Source of the DNA: Candidatus Poribacteria bacterium
GTDB taxonomy: Bacteria > Poribacteria > WGA-4E > WGA-3G
DNA length: 64,000 bases
Reading direction: 5' to 3'
Assembly: GCA_965214095.1 (NCBI GenBank)
Contig: OZ243938.1
Coordinates: 3,360,001-3,424,000, forward strand
In this document: piece by piece, positions 51,617 to 61,321 of the stretch
Layout: each line of letters starts with the position of its first letter
Numbering within the stretch: position 1 is the stretch's first letter
Position numbers and translations under genes: made by a program
Notes under the pieces: generated by a model
Databases searched by the model: none
Told to the model about the DNA's origin: nothing
What the model saw: the letters and a program-made list of their open reading frames with translations, nothing else

Positions 51617-52555
51617 TCAGTATCCACCCCATAATTCTTTACGATCTGCTTTCGCACGAGACTCATAATCTGTAAACAACTCTTCATACTTGAAAGGATA
51701 ACGCTTGTCAACCTTCGCATACCCCTCACGAATCATCTCAAGATTTACAAAAACACCATCGGAAGAACGATAAACATATCCAAGTATTCTCTCGTGCTTA
51801 TCAAATTTGCTCTGGTCATAATCAAAATATACTGTTTCGTCCAACAAGAATTCCTGTAAATATTTGGTTGCTTCTGCGCTGTATGGTTCTGGTGGTCGAT
51901 TATTAGTCGTATTCGGTTCAGGGGCATTGACACCAATAAGTTGAACACTTGTGGGTTTACCTTTATATTGTATTTCAAATGTGTCGCCATCAATGATTCT
52001 TACGACTTCATAGCGAGTATCAGTATGCATCGGTAGTAAGATTAGAAAATAGACTGATAGACAAGCTGCAATTACAAACAAGGCAGATATAAAGGCAATT
52101 CTTACACGTTTCAGTCTTCGTGTTAATCGCTTGAGAACAACCTGATCAATTCGGTCCCCTATTGGCGGATCAAAAACCTGTTTTTCAAAATCAGATCTAT
52201 CAAGTATTTCTCTAAATTTGTGAGCTCGTTGATTTTCACAATATATCCATTCGTCCGGGTTATCGTTGAATGCAAGAATTCCGAAACGTGTATCCGTTCC
52301 ACTGAGGTAACTCCTGAGTTGACCACGAGCTTCTTCTGTATCTCCTACTTCTTCACTTTTACACTCAATAATTGTTACCCAATGTCCCTTTTCATCACTT
52401 AACACAACATCAGCTCTGCCAAAGTTTCGACCTTTACCCACCCCAAACTGAATATCGCATTCTGTTTTTACAGTAAAGTCTTTGAATCTGCTTTGTCTGA
52501 AATGTCTTATAACGGCATTCCGTACGTCTAGCTCAGACAGTCTGTTGTTATTCAT
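51617..52555 (-). CDS. HsdR-N-like PD-(D/E)XK nuclease-TM-thermonuclease fusion, copy B
   Basis: RADVVL..IIECK..QLRSY..FGIL, TM, then IIDGDT..GVNAPE..ERILGYVY. Confidence 0.8.
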   Translation of the reverse strand: MNNNRLSELDVRNAVIRHFRQSRFKDFTVKTECDIQFGVGKGRNFGRADVVLSDEKGHWVTIIECKSEEVGDTEEARGQLRSYLSGTDTRFGILAFNDNPDEWIYCENQRAHKFREILDRSDFEKQVFDPPIGDRIDQVVLKRLTRRLKRVRIAFISALFVIAACLSVYFLILLPMHTDTRYEVVRIIDGDTFEIQYKGKPTSVQLIGVNAPEPNTTNNRPPEPYSAEATKYLQEFLLDETVYFDYDQSKFDKHERILGYVYRSSDGVFVNLEMIREGYAKVDKRYPFKYEELFTDYESRAKADRKELWGGY

Positions 52556-52596
52556 ATTTATCCTAACATGATTTCAAGGTTCTTGCTAAAGTAGAG

Positions 52597-52983
52597 TTAT
52601 TCTTTGATGATGATTACATCGCTATCGTGATTGTATATAATAGTATCATTCATGGCTTCAGCAAGTTTGCGTTTTGCATCCGAAAACTCCCAATTGGCAG
52701 CTTTCACACGGGCTTCACATATTTTTACATGTCGAAGTGCTTGCTGCATAGAAGAACCCGGCAACCAAGATTGCACTTTGGCGACATCAGAAACATTATC
52801 GCTCACGATGTTCTTTTGACTGCCTTCTAAGATATTCACTCGGTGCTTACAATGCGATCTATTCTGTTCATCCTGACATGTGCAAAATGCCGTCAGTTCT
52901 TTCCCCTTTCTTACGAATGTAACTTCGTAAGGTTCTGGTGCTGAACCTTGAACGAGGAACCGTATGCTTGCAGTTGTATCCAT
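52597..52983 (-). CDS. SWIM zinc-finger protein, copy B
   Basis: CTC-x8-CKH, near-identical to 45579-45965. Confidence 0.8.
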   Translation of the reverse strand: MDTTASIRFLVQGSAPEPYEVTFVRKGKELTAFCTCQDEQNRSHCKHRVNILEGSQKNIVSDNVSDVAKVQSWLPGSSMQQALRHVKICEARVKAANWEFSDAKRKLAEAMNDTIIYNHDSDVIIIKE

Positions 52984-53573
52984 AAATATCCCAACTTTCG
53001 TGTGAACTGTTGTTCCTTTTCAATTCTCAAACCACAACCGTGACCGTACGGAAACAGATTGATAGATACATGTCTATCAAGCCGCGCTTTTGTCTCCTGT
53101 CACATGATGCACAATCACATCACCAGCAGCATCGGTTTCAAGGCGAAACGCCTATCTGCTGAACCCGTGTGCTTCCATCTGGTTAGCATAAAGAGAATGA
53201 ACTATTTTGATCTATGTGGATATTTTGGTGGGAATGTCTTACTGAATTGCGCTGTCGCGGCAGCAGGAATCGTAAAAAGCAGCAACAAGCACAAAACACT
53301 ATTATTTGGCAATCCCTCTCCTATAAGATAGTATGCCAAAGAAATGAATTTATGTCAAGCAGTTTGTAATTTTTTGATCGGAAAAATCCAGTCATGAATA
53401 TAAGAGGCGCAATGAATTGCGCGACTACGAACCCACTATTTCTTTATTGGTATATTCTTTATTAGAAATGGTATAAATTGTGATTACTGTAATAGTGTAT
53501 TTATGCTATGATGTAAATCTGATTTGGCAACAGAATATCAAGTTTAGTATTGGCAAACTGAACAAGGGTATGT

Positions 53574-53979
53574 ATGAGACGTTACCTTTATCCTCTTTTA
53601 TCACTATTCGCATGCGTTATTATATTGGGGTGTCAATCAAAAGCGATTCAGATGCTGATTGAACCGCAGGAATCAGTGAATCTTGCGCTTGAGAAGGGTG
53701 TTACGTGTTCTGCCTCTGAAATGATAGATGGCAACTTGAAAACACTTGGCTACGCGGATGGGAGATGGATTCACTTGAGGTTACCTAAAAAGAAAACTAT
53801 ACACCGGATTGTCATCCGTGGTACGAATATAACAGATGCGATAATTTTTCAAAGATTGGATCATACCGAACTATCACATGCGGTTGCACAAGTGCAGAGT
53901 AACCGTAGTTCAGTGATAGGGATACGGACAACTGTTGTGACAGACACATTAAACATATATGTTGCTGGCACATCGGAGG
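53574..53979 (+). CDS. Lipoprotein, 5' part (interrupted by IS607)
   Basis: ILGC lipobox. Continues in frame at 55755-55876 after removing the element. Confidence 0.7.
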
Positions 53980-54047
53980 TTGAGTAACAGTATCTAAAAC
54001 TCTACATTTTTCTTGACATTCCTTGATATTTATGTGATACTATATAC

Positions 54048-54635
54048 ATGCCTTATGTATCAGCGCGCAAAGCAAGTGAGCTGCTGGATTATACACCTGA
54101 CCATTTACGTAGGTTGGCAAATGAAGGAAAGATTGATATTATCCGCACAGGAGGCGGACACAGACGCTATGATGTTGATGGATACATCAAAAGCAAATCC
54201 CAATCAATTGCAACTGTTTGCTACTGCAGAGTATCCAGCACAAAGCAAAGAGACGACCTTGAACGACAAGTTGAATATATGCGAAGCATCTACCCCGAAG
54301 CAGAAGTTATCCGAGACATCGGAAGCGGGATCAACTTCAAAAGAAAAGGGCTTAGAACCTTATTGGAACGGCTTATGCAAGGTGATAAGCTCCAAGTTGT
54401 TATTGCCCATCGGGATAGGCTCGCCCGCTTCGGTATCGACCTTATACGATACCTCATTGAACAAAACGGTGGCGAACTCGTGGTTTTGGACCAAACAGCA
54501 CACAGTCCGCAAGAAGAACTCACGGCGGATCTTCTCGCAATCCTGCATGTCTTCAGTAGCCGGATGCACGGGCTCAGAAGTTACCGTGACAAAATCAAAG
54601 AAGATAAGAGTTTATCCAACAACAGAACAACGTGA
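54048..54635 (+). CDS. tnpA: IS607 serine-recombinase transposase
   Basis: Same motifs as copy 1. Confidence 0.95.
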   Translation: MPYVSARKASELLDYTPDHLRRLANEGKIDIIRTGGGHRRYDVDGYIKSKSQSIATVCYCRVSSTKQRDDLERQVEYMRSIYPEAEVIRDIGSGINFKRKGLRTLLERLMQGDKLQVVIAHRDRLARFGIDLIRYLIEQNGGELVVLDQTAHSPQEELTADLLAILHVFSSRMHGLRSYRDKIKEDKSLSNNRTT

Positions 54636-55704
54636 AACGCTTCGGCAGTGGTTTGGCACAGCACGTTTTACCTACAACAAAACGGTTGCTTTGTTGAACG
54701 AAACAGACACAAAAGCGAATTGGAAAGCGATAAAAACAGGTATTCTTCACGATCTACCTGATTGGAGCAAAGAAACGCCGTATCAGATAAAGTCTATTAC
54801 TATCCGTGATGCTTGTATTGCTGTTAGAGCAGCAAAGCAAAAATGTCAGAAAACAGGTGTGTTTCAATCTGTGTCTTTCAAATCTAAACGGCACCCCTCA
54901 GCTAGTATTTTCATTCCAAAGTCTTCCATAAAAAAACAAGGTGTTTACCACACCTTGCTGGGACACCTCAAAATGTCAGAGATGTTACCTGATAATATCT
55001 GTGACTCACGCCTCGTGAAAGAGAATGATAAATACTATCTCTGTGTTTCCTATACTGTGACAACTCCGAAGCGAAAGCCAAACGGAAGTGTTGTTGCTTT
55101 AGACCCTGGCGTGAGAACATTCCTCACATATTTTCATGAGCGTGGTTTCGGATGGCTTGGACACCATGCAATCAATCGGATTCAAAGACTTTGTTCATAT
55201 CTCGATGACCTATTATCTCGTGCAGCTAAAGCAAATAGACAATCACGCAAGAATATGAGACGTGCTGCAAACAGAATACGCACACGCATAAAAAATCTTG
55301 TAGATGAATTGCATCATAAAGTCGCACGATACCTTGTGGATACCTTTGATATTATCTTACTCCCAACATTTGAAACTTCAGATATGGTAATGCGTGGAAA
55401 ACGCAAACTACGAAAGAGGTCTGCCCGACAAATGTTGACGCTCTCTCACTACAGATTCAAACAGTTCCTAAAACATAAAGCGAAAGAAACTGGATCTATC
55501 GTCGTTGATGTCTGTGAAGCATACACATCAAAAACAGTTTCTTGGAATGGTGAGATGAGAAAATCACTCGGTGGACGAAAGATAATAAAAGATAGCATGG
55601 GACTCAAGATGGACAGAGACTTGAATGGCGCACGCGGGATATTTCTGCGTGCTTTGGTAGATGAACCCTGGTTGCTTTCTATAAGCAACTTGCAAACCGT
55701 ATAA
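54121..55704 (+). CDS. tnpB: IS607 TnpB (pro-Fanzor-type RuvC), start uncertain
   Basis: ALDPGVRTF, CEAYTSKT and DRDLNGARGI all in frame. Confidence 0.88.
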   Translation: MKERLILSAQEADTDAMMLMDTSKANPNQLQLFATAEYPAQSKETTLNDKLNICEASTPKQKLSETSEAGSTSKEKGLEPYWNGLCKVISSKLLLPIGIGSPASVSTLYDTSLNKTVANSWFWTKQHTVRKKNSRRIFSQSCMSSVAGCTGSEVTVTKSKKIRVYPTTEQRETLRQWFGTARFTYNKTVALLNETDTKANWKAIKTGILHDLPDWSKETPYQIKSITIRDACIAVRAAKQKCQKTGVFQSVSFKSKRHPSASIFIPKSSIKKQGVYHTLLGHLKMSEMLPDNICDSRLVKENDKYYLCVSYTVTTPKRKPNGSVVALDPGVRTFLTYFHERGFGWLGHHAINRIQRLCSYLDDLLSRAAKANRQSRKNMRRAANRIRTRIKNLVDELHHKVARYLVDTFDIILLPTFETSDMVMRGKRKLRKRSARQMLTLSHYRFKQFLKHKAKETGSIVVDVCEAYTSKTVSWNGEMRKSLGGRKIIKDSMGLKMDRDLNGARGIFLRALVDEPWLLSISNLQTV

Positions 55705-55754
55705 GATGTGAAATGCACAGCATTGCACGGAAATATACAGGTTAATATCATCGG
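55685..55754 (+). ncRNA. 3' part of putative omegaRNA scaffold, copy 2
   Basis: Conserved stems with a compensatory change relative to copy 1. Confidence 0.55.
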
Positions 55755-55876
55755 ATAAACGTAAAGCCGCTGAATATTCGCCTCGGTATGGTATTATTGT
55801 GCCAGAAAAGGAATTGGGAAAACCTTTTGCTTATGAAGTTGAGTTATATGGATTTGTATCAAAGGACAAAAAATGA
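55755..55876 (+). CDS. Lipoprotein 3' remainder (~40 aa)
   Basis: ..TSE-DKRKAAEYSPRYG...YEVELYGFVSKDKK*. The stop overlaps the next start (ATGA). Confidence 0.7.
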
Positions 55877-56934
55877 AACGATTGATGATTGAAGATTTAT
55901 ATAGTTGGTCTGTGTTTAGTGAAGTACGTCAGATAGATTTCAACGGACATCTATGGGTTCGTGAGGAAGGGAATATTGCTATTGATCCAGTTGAAATGTG
56001 TGATGCTGATCGCGCACAATTAGAACAACTGGGTGGTGTGAAGTCCATTGTCATTACAAATCGTGACCATGAACGTGAAGCAGCCGCATTTCAGGAATGG
56101 ACAGGTGCGGATGTGATTGTTCCTGAAGCGGATGCTGACGAGATGGACATCAAACCTGCACGAACGATTAGTGATGGTGAGACTATTGTACCCGGATTAC
56201 GTGCAATACATCTTTCGTCCGGAAAAAGTCCTGGTGAAATAGCACTCTATTTTTCTGAGAAGAGTGCTATTCTATTCGGTGATATTGTTGCTGGTGAACC
56301 GATGGGCCAGTTGTCTCTACTTGCGGATGATAAGTTAGCAGATGCGCCGAAAGCAGCGATGGAACTTCGTAAGGTGTTAGGTTTGCGGTTCAACACAGTG
56401 CTCGTTGGAGATGGACACTCGCTTTTTAAGGAAGGACAGCAGGAATTGGTGGATTGCCTACAGGCGCGGGACGATATTTATATCAATCGTATCAATCTTG
56501 ACGAAATGGAATGGAAACAAAGGAAGGAAGTGGGTTCTTACGGTTTTGAGTTTAAGGATATTGATCCTCTGATTGGTGCGAAAAACATTGGCTATCGTGT
56601 TTACCGTTTGCCACCCGGCAAAGCAACATTTCCGATGCACTTGCACCATTTTGGTGAGGAGATGTGTTATGTGATGGAAGGCACTTGCACTCTCAAAACG
56701 CCTCGTGGAGATATTAAGGTGAGAGAAGGTGATTTTATTGCGTTTCCGCCTGGACCCGTTGGCACACATAAGTTTGTCAATGAGGGTGATGCGTCTGTAA
56801 CCTTATTGATACTCGGCACTACTACGCCACACGATGTGAGTGAATATCCGGATTCCAATAAGGTACTGCCTTATGTGCTTCAGAAAATATACCGAAAAGA
56901 ACCGAGTCTTGACTATTTTGATGGTGAGTTGTAG
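55873..56934 (+). CDS. MBL-fold + cupin fusion protein
   Basis: ITNRDH, KSPGE, LFGD, VGDG, then cupin H.H..EE..YV.EG...FPPG..H. Confidence 0.8.
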   Translation: MKRLMIEDLYSWSVFSEVRQIDFNGHLWVREEGNIAIDPVEMCDADRAQLEQLGGVKSIVITNRDHEREAAAFQEWTGADVIVPEADADEMDIKPARTISDGETIVPGLRAIHLSSGKSPGEIALYFSEKSAILFGDIVAGEPMGQLSLLADDKLADAPKAAMELRKVLGLRFNTVLVGDGHSLFKEGQQELVDCLQARDDIYINRINLDEMEWKQRKEVGSYGFEFKDIDPLIGAKNIGYRVYRLPPGKATFPMHLHHFGEEMCYVMEGTCTLKTPRGDIKVREGDFIAFPPGPVGTHKFVNEGDASVTLLILGTTTPHDVSEYPDSNKVLPYVLQKIYRKEPSLDYFDGEL

Positions 56935-56993
56935 ACGTTACATATCTCCCCTTTTTGACCTACGTATTTGTTGGTTTGCTTTTGCCTGTGCAT

Positions 56994-57135
56994 CATAAGC
57001 GTCAATTTAGCGTCCTTCCAAGTACCGGTAGGTTCGGTTTCCTAACCGAACCGGCTTTGTGCCAAATACCTTCATAGAGGTTCTCGCGTAGGATCCGGTT
57101 CGGTTAGGAAACCGAACCTACTGTCCTGGGGAAAA
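56994..57135. mobile_element. CATA-type MITE lacking its right TIR, REP-pair core
   Basis: Near-identical to 60384-60525, flanked by a ~36-bp duplication of the sulfatase 3' end. Confidence 0.7.
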
Positions 57136-57145
57136 CTTCCTCCTT

Positions 57146-58534
57146 TTACCTACGCATCTGTTGGTTTGCTTTTGCCTGTGCATCTACAAGATCAGGATCA
57201 ACAATGGCGTGTAAGGTATCCTCTAATGTGCTACGAATTGAAGCGTATTCGGGATTGAGTGCTAAATCATCATTTTCTAATGGGTCAGTATCTACGTTGA
57301 ATAGTTGCGGATGACTTCCGACGTAATGACATAGTTTGTAATCCCCTTGTTTTAACATATATCCTGCGTTTAGCATGCCTCTGTCGTGGTATTCAGAGAA
57401 AACTGCGCGCGTTGTTTCGTCTTGCTCATGTCTGGCAATTTCCAGTAGATTTCCTCCCGGTAAATCTGATGGTTTTTCTAAGCCTGCTATTTCTAACAAC
57501 GTTGGTAAGACATCAACTAAAGAGACATTTTGTGTTATGCGACCTGACTCACCTGAAGGCAAGCGTAACATCAAAGGCACTTTTACTGCGGATTCGTAGA
57601 AACATTGCTTTTGCCAAATCCCATGACTCCCTGCCATTTCCCCATGATCGCTTGTGTAAATGACGACAGTGTTTTCACGCAGCGGAGAAGTATCAATTGC
57701 TTCTAATATGCGTCCGATTTGTGCATCAAGTGCTGAGACGAGTGCATAGTAGGAAGCTAATGCACAACGGAGAGTTTCCTCTGGTGGCGGGATGTCATTT
57801 CGCCATGCCCAACGGTGATGTTGGATTATTGGGTGTTGAGAGTCCAATGGTTCGTTCCACGTGTCAGGGAGCTCAAGTGTGTTAGGGTCATACCATGCAT
57901 AATACTCAGGTGGTGCGATCAGCGGGAAGTGCGGATGCATGAAGCCACAATAGAGTAGGAAAGGTTGTGTGTTTTGGGAAGCGGCTTTTCCGTTAAGATA
58001 GTCAACTGCTATGTCTGTGACCTGTCGGTCATATCTTGTATGTTCGTGGTCTCCCGGACCGCATTCAGCGACGTGTGAATTAGAACCTCGGCGTGCATCT
58101 GCGGTGCGGTTCGGAGGATTCCCTTTTGTGTTGTGCCACCGTGGCAGATCGTCTAACAGACGTTCAGAAAAGCCGAGAAGTCGGTCTGTGCCATTGAAAT
58201 GTGTGCGTCCACAGAGTGCTGTTTCATAACCCGCGTCAGCTAAATAATCTCCCCATGTTTTGTGTTTCCTATCCAGTATTGCTCCGAGATCCCATGCATC
58301 AATCTGATGTGGATAACGTCCTGTAAGCATGGACAAACGTGAAGGCGTGCATATTGGATAGTTACAATATGCGTTATTGTATGTATAACACTGTTCGGAT
58401 AGTCGGTCAAGATTAGGTGTGCGGACAACTGGGTGTCCGCTATTTCCCATCACAGACCCTGTGTGTTCATCTGAAAATAGAAAGACGATATTCATATTAT
58501 ATAGTAATACCATTTCTAATTGAAAACACCGCAT
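57146..58534 (-). CDS. Sulfatase (choline-sulfatase-like)
   Basis: SDEH, TPNLD, CTPSR (CxPxR), YTSDHG and KQCFYE motifs. Start probably at 58495. Confidence 0.9.
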   Translation of the reverse strand: MRCFQLEMVLLYNMNIVFLFSDEHTGSVMGNSGHPVVRTPNLDRLSEQCYTYNNAYCNYPICTPSRLSMLTGRYPHQIDAWDLGAILDRKHKTWGDYLADAGYETALCGRTHFNGTDRLLGFSERLLDDLPRWHNTKGNPPNRTADARRGSNSHVAECGPGDHEHTRYDRQVTDIAVDYLNGKAASQNTQPFLLYCGFMHPHFPLIAPPEYYAWYDPNTLELPDTWNEPLDSQHPIIQHHRWAWRNDIPPPEETLRCALASYYALVSALDAQIGRILEAIDTSPLRENTVVIYTSDHGEMAGSHGIWQKQCFYESAVKVPLMLRLPSGESGRITQNVSLVDVLPTLLEIAGLEKPSDLPGGNLLEIARHEQDETTRAVFSEYHDRGMLNAGYMLKQGDYKLCHYVGSHPQLFNVDTDPLENDDLALNPEYASIRSTLEDTLHAIVDPDLVDAQAKANQQMRR

Positions 58535-58620
58535 TTTTGTAGCACAAACTGCCAGTTTGTGCAGTCGTTCAAGACATTCTTAACAAATGTTAATGGGATA
58601 AACATTTATAGAAATGGTAT
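58507..58620. mobile_element. 114-bp ATACCATTTCTA MITE
   Basis: Inverted copy of 33103-33216. Confidence 0.75.
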
Positions 58621-58743
58621 AAGAAGACTTCTAAAGATGTTTCCTCTTTTGATTTAGAATGTCCGAGGCGTAATGAATTGCGCGACTACGAGCGGAAGAG
58701 ACGTGAACGTAGACCCGCACTACGATGACATTATTGCTGATGT

Positions 58744-59700
<957 letters not shown>

Positions 59701-59802
59701 ATTTGTCCTTTCTCATGAAGTTTGAAATGGTTGGTAGTATTGTTATTTTTTATATGATGTGAGATTGATAATTCGTTCTAAAATTATCAATCTCACGTTA
59801 GT

Positions 59803-60225
59803 TTAGTTATCCTTTGCTCCTGCATTGATCCAGTCTATAATCAGTTGAATTTGTTCTGCCTCCAAATAGGGACCGTCAGGTGGCATTTTACGTTTGACAA
59901 TTTCTTCAACAAGTTCGCTTTCCTGTGCATTTCCCACATGGAGTAAAGGACCGTGTTCTCCACCTTTTTGAAGGGTGTCATAAGTCCTGAGATCAACATC
60001 ATCCGGTCCATTAGCGACATGGCAACCCGAAAGAGCACAATGATTTGTGAGAATAGGTGATATATCGGTTTTGAAGGATGGAATAGGTCTGTTTGCTACA
60101 TCTGGACTGTCAAATGCGAGACCTAATTCAGTTGCATATTCATCAAACTTTTTGCCACACCCAGTGATGTAAAATATAAGACCAAAAAATGAAAGAAAAA
60201 GTATTGTACGCTTTATTGATAACAT
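59803..60225 (-). CDS. Planctomycete-type cytochrome c lipoprotein
   Basis: TGC lipobox, F..DISPIL..CALSGCH..KMPP..WINAGA. Confidence 0.82.
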   Translation of the reverse strand: MLSIKRTILFLSFFGLIFYITGCGKKFDEYATELGLAFDSPDVANRPIPSFKTDISPILTNHCALSGCHVANGPDDVDLRTYDTLQKGGEHGPLLHVGNAQESELVEEIVKRKMPPDGPYLEAEQIQLIIDWINAGAKDN

Positions 60226-60326
60226 AATAATTACCTCATTTCAAAAATGAAAATAGAAGATAATCAGTCATAGATTTCTCATCTTTGAAGTACACACACA
60301 TATATTGCAATACTTGTGCCAATTCT

Positions 60327-60613
60327 TATAGTAAAAACCATAATTATTTACACACTACGGTAGGTTCGGTTAGGAAACCGCATCATAAGCGTCAATTTAG
60401 CGTCCTTCCAAGTACCGGTAGGTTCGGTTTCCTAACCGAACCGGCTTTGTGCCAAATACCTTCATAGAGGTTCTCGCATAGGATCCGGTTCGGTTAGGAA
60501 ACCGAACCTACCTGCCTGGGGAAAACGCCTAATTTACACTAAATTGACGCCCATGGTTCGGTTAGGAAACCGCATCTACCGGGAGTGTGCATGTATTTTT
60601 TGATTTCACAATA
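60327..60613. mobile_element. Nested MITEs: CATA-type (60384-60555) inside a TATAGT-type shell
   Basis: Perfect 20-bp duplication GTTCGGTTAGGAAACCGCAT at 60364-60383 and 60556-60575. Confidence 0.8.
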
Positions 60614-60748
60614 ATATCAATAGATGTGTGGATCTTGATATGATTATCTTAATTGTTTTGTTCATAAAATGAACAGTGTGTATAGAAAATGGACAGCAAG
60701 CAAGTTCTATGTTCTATAAAATAAGTGATAAATGGATTTTACCATCAG

Positions 60749-61318
60749 CTAAAACTGAAGTAGAATTAATGGTGATGGTTTTATCTCTTGATAGGTTTGT
60801 TCTGTGACATTGTCAGCAAAGAACGGTGCATAGAATATGTCTGCCGTTTCCAAAAATTCAGACAGATTTATACCCATATAGTTCGCGTTTGCATCGCCAC
60901 ATTCAAGAACAACTTGGTGTAATTTATCGCGTCCTGCAGTGGAGAGTGTGCGTAATGGTCGCAGCATACGCATGTGGTATTTGATGAGTGATGCAGATAC
61001 TTGTATTAGTCCTTGAAGGAAGAGTCGGTAAGTATCCTCTGCTTGATGCCACAAACCTTCCCACGCTTCGTGTGCTTCCCACCAATATGAGAAGTTATAG
61101 AGATCAACGCCATATAAATATGCTTCGTTTTGTTGCCACATTTCAGGTGGAAGTGGGTTTTCGTTTTCTTCCTCTTCTATGCCGTAACTGTGTCCGAGTG
61201 GATCTCGAATTGGGTGTGGTGTGACTCCTGGGAGGTGTCGGTAGGGTGGGAATGGTTGTTGGGAACAGTATCTGTTCCAATTTTTGTTGAAGGGTTTGGG
61301 TTGTTTGTGTGTGTGCAT
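60749..61318 (-). CDS. DUF309 domain protein
   Basis: G..LYN..YWWEAHEAWEGLW..LQGLIQ. Confidence 0.85.
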   Translation of the reverse strand: MHTHKQPKPFNKNWNRYCSQQPFPPYRHLPGVTPHPIRDPLGHSYGIEEEENENPLPPEMWQQNEAYLYGVDLYNFSYWWEAHEAWEGLWHQAEDTYRLFLQGLIQVSASLIKYHMRMLRPLRTLSTAGRDKLHQVVLECGDANANYMGINLSEFLETADIFYAPFFADNVTEQTYQEIKPSPLILLQF

Positions 61319-61321
61319 TCG

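Larger units (their letters stand above)
53980..55754 (+). mobile_element. IS607-family element, copy 2 (apparently intact)
   Basis: Same ends as copy 1, GG at 53978-53979 and 55753-55754. Confidence 0.93.

Noticed and set aside
44364-53400. Prophage or integrative element
   Set aside because: No integrase, structural, replication or conjugation genes and no att sites seen.
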